A stretch of DNA of 64,000 nucleotides from an uncultured Chloroflexia bacterium (GCA_963724295.1 CAVRUC010000013.1:480001-544000); one strand, 5' to 3'. Shown: positions 53,925 to 64,000, counted from the stretch's first letter. The notes: generated from the letters alone by a model not told the origin. Numbers and translations: made by a program.

Positions 53925-55003
53925 TTCAGTTTTTGGGCATGATCCGGACCGACAACATCTCGGAGATCGACAGCGCCGTCGCCCTGTCTGTCGAGGCCAC
54001 GATCGATCCGGACTTCGTGCGTGACTTCGCCCGCGCCCACGAAGCGGCGGGGTTCGACCGGGTCCTCATCGGCTACCACTCCACCGGTCCCGATGCCTGG
54101 CTCGTCGCCGCCCACGCCGCCGCCAATACGGAGCGCCTGCACATGCTGGTGGCGCACCGGCCGGGGTTCCAGGCGCCGACGGTCGCCGCCCGTGCCGCGG
54201 TGACGCTGGACCATTTCAGCGGGGGCCGGGTCTCGCTCAACATCGTCACCGGCGGCAGCGATAGCGAGCTGGCGCGTGACGGCGACTGGTCCGCGAAGGA
54301 CGACCGCTACCGGCGCACCGATGAGTTCCTCGACATCGTGCGGGCCATGTGGACCAGCGCCGAGCCATTCGACTACGAGGGCGAGTTCTACCAGGTGAAA
54401 AACGCCTTCTCCGACGTAAAACCGCTGCAACGCCCCTCGATCCCGATCTACTTCGGCGGCGCCTCAGGGGCGGCGGTCCCGGTCGGCGCGAAGCATGCCG
54501 ACGTCTACATGTTCTGGGGCGAGCCACTCGCGGACACCACGGCGCGGATGGATGCCGTGCGAGCGGCCGCGCCTCCGGGGCGGTCCCCTGCCTTCAGCGT
54601 CTCCGTGCGACCGATTCTCGGCGCGACGGAAGCCGAAGCGTGGGACAAGGCGCACGGCTACCTGGAGCGGATCGTCGCCCATCGCGGGAACGGGCCGGGT
54701 TCCGCCCCCGCGGCCGGCTCGCAACGGCTGCTCGATCTCGCGGCACAACGCGAGGTCTTCGACGACCGGCTCTGGATGGCGATCGCCGCGGCCACCGGCG
54801 CGGGCGGCAATACCTCCGCCCTGGTCGGCACCGCGGAGCAGGTCGCCCAGTCGCTGCTGCGCTACTACGACGCGGGCATCACCAGTTTCCTGATCCGCGG
54901 CTTCGAACCGCTGCAGGATGCCACCGAGTTCGGCCGGGAGCTGATCCCGCTCGTCCGCGAAGAAGTCGCCCGCCGCGACCGCGCCAGCCGGGTCGCCGTC
55001 TAG
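53909..55003 (+). CDS. LLM-class flavin-dependent monooxygenase (SsuD-like)
   Basis: AHEAAGFDRVLIGY, AHRPGF, RYRRTDEFL, YFGGAS, NTSALVGT; GGAGG 7 nt before GTG. Confidence 0.93.
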   Translation: MPDLDVQFLGMIRTDNISEIDSAVALSVEATIDPDFVRDFARAHEAAGFDRVLIGYHSTGPDAWLVAAHAAANTERLHMLVAHRPGFQAPTVAARAAVTLDHFSGGRVSLNIVTGGSDSELARDGDWSAKDDRYRRTDEFLDIVRAMWTSAEPFDYEGEFYQVKNAFSDVKPLQRPSIPIYFGGASGAAVPVGAKHADVYMFWGEPLADTTARMDAVRAAAPPGRSPAFSVSVRPILGATEAEAWDKAHGYLERIVAHRGNGPGSAPAAGSQRLLDLAAQREVFDDRLWMAIAAATGAGGNTSALVGTAEQVAQSLLRYYDAGITSFLIRGFEPLQDATEFGRELIPLVREEVARRDRASRVAV

Positions 55004-55070
55004 CTCTGCCTGGCTCTAACGGCGGTAACGCCTTGCACTTGCACTAGCGGGAGTCCATCCGGTGACTGCC

Positions 55071-55142
55071 GTCCCCCTCTCCTGTCTCCGACGGGAGAGG
55101 GGGGTAGGGGGGTGAGGGCCGGTGCGGGTAGGGGGTGAGGGT
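55071..55142. repeat. CCCCTCTCC...GGAGAGGGG...GGGGTGAGGG repeat, copy 2
   Basis: Hairpin plus two GGGGTGAGGG; matches 14152-14230. Confidence 0.75.
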
Positions 55143-55143
55143 C

Positions 55144-55656
55144 TCAAAACCGCCAGCGGGTCGCGCCATACGGCTCAGCGGTGGCGAGACCGAAAACCGT
55201 GTGGAACGTGAAGCGGTAGAGGTCCCAGGGTGGCGGTCCCGCGCTGGGAGCGCTGTACGGCGCCGTGAACGCCTCGCCCTCCACTTCCGCCGGCCACCCG
55301 CCCTCGCGGTACAGACCGGCCACCGTCTCCAGCGTCGGCCGATCGGTCACCCGGGTCGCTTCGCCCTCCAGCACGAGGTCGATGCCTTCCCGGCTGATGG
55401 AGATCGTGCAGGCCGGGTTCGCCGCCAGATTGCGCGACTTGCGGGTCCCCGGCCCGCTCGTGAAATAGACATCCCCGTCGTGCCAGCGAGCGCCGACGGG
55501 AACGGCGTGCGGTCGTCCGTCCGGACGCGACGTACCGAGGAAAACGACCGCGGACATCGGTGGCGAGGCGAGGCGGTCGCGTGCCCGGCTCCACGGCATG
55601 GCCGCGTTTCCGTAGCGGTCGAGATTCGTGACGTCGACGGGTTCTCGTTCGGGCAT
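55144..55656 (-). CDS. pyridoxamine 5'-phosphate oxidase-like protein
   Basis: LGTSRPDGRPH, TRKSRNLAANP, ATRWRF. Confidence 0.88.
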   Translation of the reverse strand: MPEREPVDVTNLDRYGNAAMPWSRARDRLASPPMSAVVFLGTSRPDGRPHAVPVGARWHDGDVYFTSGPGTRKSRNLAANPACTISISREGIDLVLEGEATRVTDRPTLETVAGLYREGGWPAEVEGEAFTAPYSAPSAGPPPWDLYRFTFHTVFGLATAEPYGATRWRF

Positions 55657-55698
55657 CGTGCACCTCCAGTTCCTGACCCTGCTGACTTACCCAGACTA

Positions 55699-56103
55699 TC
55701 AGGCGCCTGCCGGGCGCTCCTGCACCACCCAGCCGTTGCCGTCGGGATCGCTGAAAAAGAGGAACGAGTTCCAGTCTCCGCCTCGCCCATCGACCCGGAC
55801 ACTACCCTCGAAGTGCTGGACCGGGCTGACCTCCACACCCCCCTGCAGCAACTCCGCCCGCGCGGCGTCGATGTCCGGGACGACCAGCTGGATCCCCTGC
55901 ACCGACCCCGGCGTCGACGCGGGGAGACCCGTCCCGATGGCGATCGAGCAGGCCGAGCCGGCCGGCGTCAGCTGCACGACCCGCATCTCGTCGCCGATGC
56001 GGGTGTCATGGTCGACAACGAAACCAACCTGCTCGCCGTAGAAGCGCTTGGCCCGGTCCACGTCCGTCACCGGGATGACCACCAGCTCGAGCTTCCAATC
56101 CAT
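55699..56103 (-). CDS. VOC/glyoxalase protein
   Basis: PVTDVDRAKRFY, QLTPAGSACSI, FSDPDGNGW. Confidence 0.9.
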   Translation of the reverse strand: MDWKLELVVIPVTDVDRAKRFYGEQVGFVVDHDTRIGDEMRVVQLTPAGSACSIAIGTGLPASTPGSVQGIQLVVPDIDAARAELLQGGVEVSPVQHFEGSVRVDGRGGDWNSFLFFSDPDGNGWVVQERPAGA

Positions 56104-56201
56104 CCACCATCATCCTTTCCCGCGCCGGAACAACCGTTGCACTCGATAGTCGGTCGGGAGCGCCCCATATCGACATGCGGCAAGCGGTAGCATTGGTCAC
56201 C

Positions 56202-57369
56202 ATGGACTATCCCTTTCCCAGGACCGAGCGCCAGGCCGAGCTGATCGCCCTCGCCGATTCGCTGGCCGGGCCGTTCGCCGCCCGCGCCGAGAGTGTCGAC
56301 CGCGACGGCAGCTTTCCGTTCCAGAACTTCCGCGAGCTGCACGATGCCGGATACCTCGGGCTCACGATTCCCAAAGAGCGCGGCGGTCTCGGCGCCACCC
56401 CGCTCGAATATGCGCTCGCCCACGAGCGGATCGCCCGCGCCTGCGGCTCGACCGCGCTCGCCTCGAACATGCACCTCTCGCTGATCGGCCGCATCAACGA
56501 GACCGGCATGTGGCCGGACCAGATCCTCGATCGCGTGAACGAAGACATCATCACCAACGGCGCGCTCATCAACTCGGTCAACAGCGAGCCCGATCTGGGA
56601 AGCCCCAGCCGGGGAGGCATGCCGACGACGACAGCCGAGCGCACGCCGCGCGGGTGGATCATCAACGGCCGAAAGCGCTGGGCGAGCCTGGCCCCTGCCC
56701 TGACCTACATGCTGACCCTGGCCACCATCGTCGATGGCGATGCACCCCCGCGGCGCGGCAATTTCCTCGGTGCCGGCGTCCTCTGCCGGCGTACGAATCG
56801 ACGAGACCTGGGATAACCTGGGCATGCGCGGCACCGCCAGCGACGATGTCGTCTTCACCGACGTCGAGGTGCCATTGGATGCCCTGGTGCCGGTCGATGG
56901 GTCGTCTGTACCGGGCGATGGTCTCGGCTGGTCCGCTTTCGGCGGCGCGGCGGTCTTCCTCGGTATCGGGCAGGCCGCGCGTGATGCCGCGATCCAGTTT
57001 GCCCACGAGCGGCGACCCAACGGCATGAACGGATCGATCGCGACGTTGCAAACGATCCAGCACCGTATCGCGGCGATCGAGCTCGATCTACTCCAGGCGC
57101 GGACGCTCCTCTACGCTACGGCCGAGTGGTGGACCGAGCGGCCCCAGGAGCGGCCGGCGAACATGTGGCGGCTGGCGGCGGCGAAGTACGCCGTGACGAA
57201 CGCGGCCATCCGCGCCACGGACGAGGCCCTCCGCGTGGCGGGATCGGCCGGTCTGGCCGCCACCTCGCCGCTGCAGCGCTACTTCCGCGACGCGCGCACC
57301 GCCATCGGGCAGCCTCCCATCGAAGACGTCGCGCTGACGACAATCGGCAAGGCGGCGCTGGGTGTTTGA
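56202..57369 (+). CDS. acyl-CoA dehydrogenase family protein, frameshifted near 56770
   Basis: SEPD.GSP.RGG, INGRKRWAS; next frame WDNLGMRGTASDDV, LQRYFRD. Confidence 0.9.
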
Positions 57370-57588
57370 GGGGGTGCCGCCTTCGGCTCAGGGGGTGCCA
57401 GCCGCTTGCACGGCTTCAGGGGGAGCCGGTCGCTGCGCTCCCTCAGGGGGTGGCGTCCGCTGCGCGGACTCAGGGGGGTAGGAGGACGACTAAGATCGCC
57501 GTCGTGCTTCTTCCCCCCTGAGCCGCAGGCGCCACCCCCTGAGGCGGTGAAACCGCCGGCACCCCCTGAGGCGCAGCCGGCACCCCCT
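57369..57588. repeat. inverted double array of CACCCCCTGA + mini-hairpin units
   Basis: TCAGGGGG at 57388, 57416, 57443, 57470; CCCCCTGA at 57514, 57535, 57562. Confidence 0.85.
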
Positions 57589-57607
57589 TCGTAAAGGAGA
57601 TCGGGAC

Positions 57608-59269
57608 ATGGCAGCCGAGATCGGACCTGAGGAACAGATCGACGCATTCTGGGAACTGACCGAAGATCAGATTTCCGTGCTTCGCCGGCATGGCCAGGTC
57701 CAGCAGACCCACGATGGCCAGGTGCTCTTCCATCAGGGCGAGCTCACCTGCGACTTCTACGTCGTTCTCGAAGGGGAGGTCGAGCTCATCGAGCCAACCC
57801 TCGTCACCCCTCGGGTCATCGGTGTGCGCAAGCCGCGCGAGATCGTCGGCGAGCTCAACCTCCTGACCGAGGAAGTCACCTACCTCTCCGCCGTCGTGCG
57901 GAAAGGGGGGAGCGTGCTGGCCATCCCCGCCGACGATCTGCGCACGATCGTCACCGATGACCCGGGGTTCAGCGACTTCCTCCTGCGCGCGTTCCTGCTC
58001 CTGCGCTCGCATCTGGTCGAGCTCGGTGCCGGGCTGAAGATCATCGGCTCCCACTTTTCGCCCGACACCAGACGGCTGCGGCAGTTCGCCGCGCGCAGCC
58101 GTCTTCCCCACGATTGGATGGACGTTGAGAAAGACCCGCTAGCGGAATCACTGCTGCGCCAGTTCAATGTCAAGCCGGACGAGACGCCGGTGGTGATCTG
58201 GAAGGGCGCCGAGATCCTGCGCAATCCCTCGAACGCCGATCTGGCGCGAGTGCTCGGGATCGGCGACGTCCTCGATCCGGAGGCGCACTACGACTTGATC
58301 GTCGTCGGCTCGGGACCGGGCGGGTTGGCCGCCGCTGTCTACGGCGCTTCGGAAGGGCTCAAGACGCTCATCGTGGAGTCGGTCGCTACCGGCGGCCAGG
58401 CGGGAATGGCGTCCCGCATCGAGAATTACCTCGGCTTCCCGGCGGGGTTGTCCGGGGTCGAGCTGGCGAGCAGAGCGCTGTTGCAGGCCGAAAAATTCGG
58501 CGCCAGCATCGCGGTCCCCCGCGAGGCCGTCGCCCTGCGTCGTGATGGACACACCTATGCCATCACCCTCGATGACGGGGAAGAGATCGCCGCCGGCAGC
58601 GTCATCCTGGCCCTCGGCGCGCGGTACCGCAAGCTCGACGTCCCGGGCGAGGCCGAGCTGGAAGGCGGCAACGTCTACTACGCTGCGACCGAAGTCGAGG
58701 CCCAGGTCTGCCAGGGGCAGAACATCGCGGTCGTGGGCGGCGGTAACTCCGCCGGGCAGGCGGCGTTGTTCCTGGCGGAGCGCGCGAACAAGGTCTACCT
58801 GCTGGCGCGCTGCGATGATCTGAATGAGGACATGTCTCGCTACCTCATCGACCGCATCGTGGCGACATCCAACATCGAGCTGCTGGTCCAGACGTGCGTC
58901 GCCGAATTGGTGGGCCAGAACGCGCTGACCGGAGTCAAGGTCGAGCACAAGTACACCGGCAAGGGGCGCACGATCGGCGTCGCGGCCCTCTTCATCTTTA
59001 TCGGGGCGGATGCGCCGACGGCGTGGTTGGCGGACACGCTGGCGCTCGACGAGAAGGGCTTCATCTCGACCGGGCTCTCCGTCAAGACCGCTCCCGCGTG
59101 GCAAGACGCGGCTCGCGATCCGTTCCTGTTTGAGGCCAGCCTACCGGGAGTCTTCGCCGTGGGCGACGTCCGCAGCGGAGCCATCCGGCGCGCAGCCTCG
59201 GCGGTCGGCGAGGGATCAATGGCGGTCCGGCTCTGCCACGCCTACCTGGCCGAGACCCGAGGCGCCTGA
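57608..59269 (+). CDS. cNMP-binding domain + thioredoxin-reductase-like FAD oxidoreductase
   Basis: VLFHQGE..FYVVLEG; GSGPGGLAAAVYGASEG, IENYLGFP, GGGNSAGQ, GDVRSG; YYAAT instead of CxxC. Confidence 0.92.
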   Translation: MAAEIGPEEQIDAFWELTEDQISVLRRHGQVQQTHDGQVLFHQGELTCDFYVVLEGEVELIEPTLVTPRVIGVRKPREIVGELNLLTEEVTYLSAVVRKGGSVLAIPADDLRTIVTDDPGFSDFLLRAFLLLRSHLVELGAGLKIIGSHFSPDTRRLRQFAARSRLPHDWMDVEKDPLAESLLRQFNVKPDETPVVIWKGAEILRNPSNADLARVLGIGDVLDPEAHYDLIVVGSGPGGLAAAVYGASEGLKTLIVESVATGGQAGMASRIENYLGFPAGLSGVELASRALLQAEKFGASIAVPREAVALRRDGHTYAITLDDGEEIAAGSVILALGARYRKLDVPGEAELEGGNVYYAATEVEAQVCQGQNIAVVGGGNSAGQAALFLAERANKVYLLARCDDLNEDMSRYLIDRIVATSNIELLVQTCVAELVGQNALTGVKVEHKYTGKGRTIGVAALFIFIGADAPTAWLADTLALDEKGFISTGLSVKTAPAWQDAARDPFLFEASLPGVFAVGDVRSGAIRRAASAVGEGSMAVRLCHAYLAETRGA

Positions 59270-59282
59270 CCGGACACAGACA

Positions 59283-59424
59283 GGTGTCATTCCGAACCCG
59301 CCGTCACGGTGTCATCCCGAGCCCGCAGGCAACGTGTCATTCCGAGCCCACAGGCGAGGAATCTCGTCTGCGGCATATGAACGCGGCCTGCGGCCGAGAT
59401 CCATCACCCGTTCAGGATGACACC
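59283..59424. repeat. GTGTCAT(T/C)CCGA triplicated repeat closed by inverted GGATGACAC
   Basis: Heads at 59284, 59309, 59334; GAATCTCG/CGAGATCC inner stem; matches 23965. Confidence 0.8.
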
Positions 59425-59442
59425 GGTACGCTGTCGCGGGAC

Positions 59443-59979
59443 TCAGCTTGCTGTCGTGACTGACTCCGTCGTCGTGCCGGCCTCAGTCGCACCCGTGGCC
59501 GAGACCGTCTCGGGGCCGCTGCCCCCGACGAGCAGTACAGTCACCAGGGTGTTCGAGAACGTGTCGATCGGCGTGAAATAGGCGACTCCGGAGAGACCCG
59601 AGCCATTCATCCCCACCATACCGACGGCAAGCGTGCCATCGGGGTTCAGCGCGCCACCGACATCTCCGCAGGCGACGACCGTGCTCGCCGCGGGCGATTC
59701 CCGGACAACGACGACGTGATTGGAGGCGAGAAAGTCGGCGATGGCGAATTGCACCACCGTGCCCGATTGCTCGACCGGCGTCGCGCTGGCCTGTCCTTGC
59801 AGGTCGCCGCTGGTAATGACCAGGTTCGCCAGCGGGGCAACCACTTCTCCCGGGCTGCCACAGGTCCCGGCAAGGAGCTCCGCCGGGCGATCGACGGAAG
59901 ACGTCTGCGCCAGCGTCGATGGGGTCGTCACGGCGACGACCACCAGGCTCAGGATGACGAGCCAGAGCCTCAGCGGCAC
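59443..59979 (-). CDS. secreted protein, stand-alone L.xGTC...ACGDVGG domain
   Basis: Homologous to domain in 41443 and 44381 genes; start uncertain. Confidence 0.75.
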   Translation of the reverse strand: MPLRLWLVILSLVVVAVTTPSTLAQTSSVDRPAELLAGTCGSPGEVVAPLANLVITSGDLQGQASATPVEQSGTVVQFAIADFLASNHVVVVRESPAASTVVACGDVGGALNPDGTLAVGMVGMNGSGLSGVAYFTPIDTFSNTLVTVLLVGGSGPETVSATGATEAGTTTESVTTAS

Positions 59980-60211
59980 GGCAGGGCACCCTGGTCGATG
60001 CGAGCCACGTTCAGCTCGCGGCCGGGAACTCGAACTCTGCAATTTGGCCGCCTATCGTGTGGAGCGCTGATAGTAGGGACAGAGTACGGATTAGAACGGC
60101 GGAACGCAAGGTTCGCCACGGGATTCAACTCTCAAGCCCGACACATTGGAGGCGTCGAACGCTCGATCAGGATAGTTGGCTCCAATCGGCCAACGCCCCT
60201 TCCAGTTGAGG

Positions 60212-61198
60212 TTACGAGAACCACGAAAAATCAGGCGGGAACCGTGAGAAGATGAGCAGAAGCAACACGTACAGCGCCACAACAATGGCGATACCGAGCA
60301 CGGTGCGTTGCCGCGTCTCGCTGCCGGCCGGCTGCGTCCACCAGCCAAAGCGACCGCTGACCCACGGAGCCACCCAGTTCAGAATCACCACGCTGGAGAG
60401 GTTGGCGCCAAACAAGCCTAGGAAGAATGGCCATCCAAACCGCCCTATCAGAATCGGATTCAGCACGAAATACCCGAAGAGAAAGACGACCGGGTAGAGC
60501 GCCAGCAGCGTCAGCATGTTCAGCTTCCAGATCGGCGCATGGGCGGCGCCCGCTACCCGGAACCACTGATCGAACCCGGTGCGGACCTTGCGGGCGTGCA
60601 CTCCCGCTGAGAACCCTGTCGCCTCATCGAGCAGCTTTTGGCGCTCGGGAGAGTTCAACCAGGCGTCGAGGTGGGCCTCGGTGTCGAACGTCAGGATCGT
60701 CACCCAATCATCCTGGACGCCGGGGATCGGCGGATTGAGCCGGTGGCCCTGGAATCCGGGGTATTGTGTCTCCGCCGCGGTGATGCGCTGGTTCCAGACG
60801 CGATATGCCTCCTCTTGACCCGGTTTGATCTCCATCGAGATGACCGCTGAAACCTCATCGGTCGGCTGCGCTGCCTCATCGCCTTCGATGATGTGCACGT
60901 CGTCCCGGCCGATCAGCATCGGCTGCGCGGTCTCCACCAAGCTGAGTCGCTCTTTGGAGCGGAGCCAGGCTTGCGCCTGCTCGCCGGTCGCAAACTTTTG
61001 CAGGATGACCCAGTCAACCTGCTTGGGTGGGTCGGGTGGAATCACCTGGTGATCGATGAACCCCGGAAAGCCGGCCACGACGTCGCTGATACGCTGTTGC
61101 CATTCGGCAAAGTCGTCGTTACGGTCCGGCAGTACGCGCGTCTGTGTAACGATGGTGACCGGCCTGGTGGTTGCCGGTGCGGTAGGCGACGAAGCCAC
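60212..61198 (-). CDS. double ABM (antibiotic biosynthesis monooxygenase) domain membrane protein
   Basis: Two FPGF/YPGF..W..S.ER repeats, WK..LL.LYP.V TM tail. Confidence 0.85.
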   Translation of the reverse strand: MASSPTAPATTRPVTIVTQTRVLPDRNDDFAEWQQRISDVVAGFPGFIDHQVIPPDPPKQVDWVILQKFATGEQAQAWLRSKERLSLVETAQPMLIGRDDVHIIEGDEAAQPTDEVSAVISMEIKPGQEEAYRVWNQRITAAETQYPGFQGHRLNPPIPGVQDDWVTILTFDTEAHLDAWLNSPERQKLLDEATGFSAGVHARKVRTGFDQWFRVAGAAHAPIWKLNMLTLLALYPVVFLFGYFVLNPILIGRFGWPFFLGLFGANLSSVVILNWVAPWVSGRFGWWTQPAGSETRQRTVLGIAIVVALYVLLLLIFSRFPPDFSWFS

Positions 61199-61368
61199 GG
61201 GAAATCCTTTCTGAGTGGCCGCCAGGTCGGCCCAGGTGCCTCCCAGAGCACGATCTGGGCTCTTCCTGGACAGCCCTCGGCCGCGGTCGACGACTCTCCG
61301 CGGTCGCGACCATCAGCACGGTCCGACGTGTCACGAGTTGTCAGAAACCAGATTGAATCTTGCCGACA

Positions 61369-61447
61369 CGCTACACCGGCACTATCCGTTGTCAAGTCCC
61401 AAATATGCTGCCGCACACTTGCGTTCCGTCAATTTCAGGTGTAGCGT
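61369..61447. promoter_or_regulatory. back-to-back sigma70-like promoters
   Basis: Minus: TTGACA-16-TAGCGT; plus: TTGCGT-17-TAGCGT. Confidence 0.5.
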
Positions 61448-61641
61448 TGCGTCACGTTTCAAATTAGCGGGGCGCACACGCTCGTTGCCGACCTGGTCGG
61501 AATCAGGCTCGTTGCGTGCGACGGCGCCCGCACCCATGTGATGTGGCGGCCGGCGTGGCCCGGAAATCGGGACCACGGTTCGTTGTCGAATGTACGAAGT
61601 CAATACACCGGGCGTTCGACAACACTCCGAGAGGATCAGGC

Positions 61642-62490
61642 ATGAACCTGAATACGATCGAAGAGGTGCGCAGCGCCGCCGCCGTCGATGGCGGCGACGT
61701 CCGGTGGCGGGAGGGGGATAGCTGGCTGGCGGGTGGAACCTGGCTCTTCTCCGAGCCGCAGCCGCACCTGCGCCGCCTGCTTGACCTGCGCGCCCTCGAC
61801 TGGCCGGCGCTGGAGGTCGATGACGATGGCCTGCGCATTGCCGCCACCTGCACCGTCGCCGACCTTTACGCGTTCCCCGGGCGACCGGACTGGCCGGCGT
61901 CGTTCCTGATCGATGAGTGCTGCCGTGCGTTCCTCGCGTCGTTCAAGATCTGGAACACGGCCACCGTCGGCGGCAACATCTGCATGTCCCTGCCGGCGGG
62001 TCCGATGATCTCGCTCGCGACGTCCCTGGAAGGGATCTACACCCTGAGGTCACTCGACGGCAGCGAGCGCCAGGTCCCGGCCATCGAGTTCGTCATCGGC
62101 AATCATCAGAACGTGCTCCTGCCGGGTGAGCTGCTGCGCACGATCGAGCTCCCCGCCTCGGCGCTGCGGAAGCGTGCGGCATTTCGCCGGGTGTCGCTGA
62201 CCCACATGGGGCGCTCGACCGCGCTCGTGATCGGCACGGCCGCTTCGCCGGATGCGACGTTCGTGCTGACCGTGACCGCGGCCACTCCCTACCCTGTGCA
62301 GCTGACATTCCCCGAGGTCCCTGATGCCCGCACCCTGCGGGAGCGCCTCCAGGAAGAGATTCCGGATAGTGGGTACTTCGACGACGTCCACGGATCGCCG
62401 GACTACCGCAAGCACATGACGCACTACTTCGCCGAGCAGATTCGGGCCGAGCTGGCAGGCGAGGGTGGCAGGGTGATGGGTGATGGGTGA
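61642..62490 (+). CDS. xanthine dehydrogenase-family FAD-binding subunit
   Basis: LAGGTWLFSEPQ, IWNTATVGGN..SLPAGP, DDVHG.PDYR. Confidence 0.92.
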   Translation: MNLNTIEEVRSAAAVDGGDVRWREGDSWLAGGTWLFSEPQPHLRRLLDLRALDWPALEVDDDGLRIAATCTVADLYAFPGRPDWPASFLIDECCRAFLASFKIWNTATVGGNICMSLPAGPMISLATSLEGIYTLRSLDGSERQVPAIEFVIGNHQNVLLPGELLRTIELPASALRKRAAFRRVSLTHMGRSTALVIGTAASPDATFVLTVTAATPYPVQLTFPEVPDARTLRERLQEEIPDSGYFDDVHGSPDYRKHMTHYFAEQIRAELAGEGGRVMGDG

Positions 62491-62650
62491 TAGGTGTCAG
62501 GGTCGCAGGGTCGCAGGGTCGCAGGGTGGCTGGGTCGCAGGGAGAACCAGCCCGCCACCTCGCCACCCTGCCACCCTGCCACCGTGAGCGCAGCGAACAA
62601 ATACCCTGCCACCACGAGCGCAGCGAGTAATCACCACGAGCGGAGCGAGT
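62471..62650. repeat. short tandem repeats (GGGTGAT, CAGGGTCG, CCACCCTG) and three GAGCGNAGCGA units
   Basis: Directly visible between FAD and Mo subunit genes. Confidence 0.8.
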
Positions 62651-62651
62651 C

Positions 62652-64000
62652 ATGACCTATCACGTCAACGGCAAGACGTTCTCCGAAGAGCCGGCGGCCG
62701 GCCAGTGCCTGCGCACCTTCCTGCGCGAGCTAGGCTGGTTCGGTGTGAAGAAGGGATGTGACTCAGGCGACTGTGGCGCCTGCACGGTCTGGGTCGACGG
62801 TGTGCCGGTCCATAGCTGTCTCATCCCGGCCTACCGCGCCGAGAATCTGGAGGTCACGACCATCGAGGGGTTGGCCAGGGACGGCGAGCTGCATCCGATG
62901 CAGCGCCAGTTCCTCGAGGCACAGGGGTTCCAGTGCGGGTTCTGCACTGCTGGCATGATCATGACGGCGTCCACCTTCACCGCCGAGGATCTCCAGGATC
63001 TGCCCCGGCATCTCAAGGGCAACCTCTGCCGCTGCACCGGCTACCACGCTATCGAGGACGCGATCCATGGCGTTCGCACCGTCGAGGTGGATCAGCCCGG
63101 CACGGCTGTCGGATGCGGAGTCGGGGCCCCAGCTGGTCCTCAGGTCGTCACCGGCAAGGCCCGCTACACCCTCGACACCGCGATGGAGGGGATGCTCCAC
63201 CTGAAGGTGCTCCGCTCGCCGCACGCCCACGCCCGCATCGTCTCGATCGACAAGAGCGCCGCGCTCGAGGTGCCAGGCGTGCATGAGGTCTTCACCTGGG
63301 AGGACGTGCCGCGCAAGCTCTACACCACCTCCATCCATGAGGACTTCCGCGTCGACCCCAATGACACCTACATGCTCGACAACGTGGTGCGCTTCGTTGG
63401 GGAGCGCGTGGCCGCCGTCGTGGCCGAATCAGAGGCCGCCGCCGAGGAAGGGTGCCGCAAGATCGCGGTCGAGTACGAGCTCTTGCCGGCCGTCTTCGAT
63501 CCCGAGGAGGCGATGCGAGTAGGCGCTCCGGCCGTCCATGACAGGGGCGTGGACGCGTTCATTCGCAACCCGGAGCGCAACATCCTGATCGAAGTCCACG
63601 GTGGTGTCGGCGACGTCGACGCTGGTTTTGCCGGGGCGGACGTCATCCACGAAGGGACGTACTCGACGCATCGTGGCCAGCACGCGCACCTGGAGACGCA
63701 CTGCTCGATCGCCTGGGTCGACGAGGACAAGCGGCTGAATGTCCGCACCACGTCCCAGTCCCCGTTCATCTGTCGGGACAAACTCTGCTACTTGTTCGCC
63801 CTTGGTCGCCAAGACGTCCGTGTCTTCTGCGAGCGCGTGGGGGGCGGTTTCGGCGGCAAGCAGGAGGTGCTCACCGAGGATCTGACCGCGCTGGCCGCCA
63901 TGAAGACCGGCCGGCCAGTGCAGTGGGAGTTCACGCGCGAAGAGCAGTTCGTGGCCAGCACCTATCGTCACCCGATGCGGACGACGGTCAAGCTCGGGGC
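62652..64000 (+). CDS. fused 2Fe-2S/molybdopterin xanthine dehydrogenase-family large subunit (runs off window)
   Basis: [55 protein letters not shown]. Confidence 0.93.
   Translation, partial: MTYHVNGKTFSEEPAAGQCLRTFLRELGWFGVKKGCDSGDCGACTVWVDGVPVHSCLIPAYRAENLEVTTIEGLARDGELHPMQRQFLEAQGFQCGFCTAGMIMTASTFTAEDLQDLPRHLKGNLCRCTGYHAIEDAIHGVRTVEVDQPGTAVGCGVGAPAGPQVVTGKARYTLDTAMEGMLHLKVLRSPHAHARIVSIDKSAALEVPGVHEVFTWEDVPRKLYTTSIHEDFRVDPNDTYMLDNVVRFVGERVAAVVAESEAAAEEGCRKIAVEYELLPAVFDPEEAMRVGAPAVHDRGVDAFIRNPERNILIEVHGGVGDVDAGFAGADVIHEGTYSTHRGQHAHLETHCSIAWVDEDKRLNVRTTSQSPFICRDKLCYLFALGRQDVRVFCERVGGGFGGKQEVLTEDLTALAAMKTGRPVQWEFTREEQFVASTYRHPMRTTVKLG

Noticed and set aside
28640..56775. Five frameshifts (NlpC/P60 ~28650, PQQ-DH ~33545, OppA ~36603, DxDGDG protein ~38855, ACAD ~56770) as programmed frameshifting or pseudogenes
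   Set aside because: Single-base indels, some in short homopolymers, in unrelated otherwise intact genes with no slippery heptamers; most likely sequencing or assembly errors
57369..57588. CRISPR array
   Set aside because: Constant part only ~10 bp, spacers short, self-complementary and shared between loci, arms inverted, no cas genes
61200..61640. Purine/guanidine riboswitch upstream of XDH-like or ABM genes
   Set aside because: No recognisable consensus; hairpins are explainable by high GC

Overview
High-GC bacterial chromosomal window. The gene repertoire (Tat/Sec-exported proteins with 'ATP(A/V/T)' motifs, STAND-LuxR regulators, PQQ sugar dehydrogenases, a baeRF/VLRF1 protein) suggests a Chloroflexota, probably Thermomicrobiales, genome; this assignment is inference. 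The flanks (1-35 kb, 53.9-64 kb) carry ordinary envelope, stress and metabolic genes (META, cupredoxin, Hsp20-Lon, NlpC/P60, LLM monooxygenase, acyl-CoA dehydrogenase, TrxB-like, xanthine-dehydrogenase-like) and at least five families of intergenic repeats. The centre (~35.2-53.9 kb) is a visibly lower-GC, integrase-less accessory/defence island. It encodes patatin, a Vsr/DUF559-like nuclease, an McrA-like HNH nuclease, AbiTii, a TIR/NDT-like-REase + Mrr-like REase gene pair, three mosaic membrane-protein paralogs and three copies of a small gene (two intact, with an AT-hook; one decayed). The island contains several copies of a 70-bp junction repeat. On the minus strand the repeat encodes an orphan 22-codon protein C-terminus with mostly synonymous divergence; on the plus strand its rightmost copy supplies the SD and start codon of the LLM gene. 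This suggests repeated site-specific integration of a family of related elements. Five single-base frameshifts in otherwise intact genes are most likely assembly errors. No tRNA, rRNA or CRISPR array was recognised.
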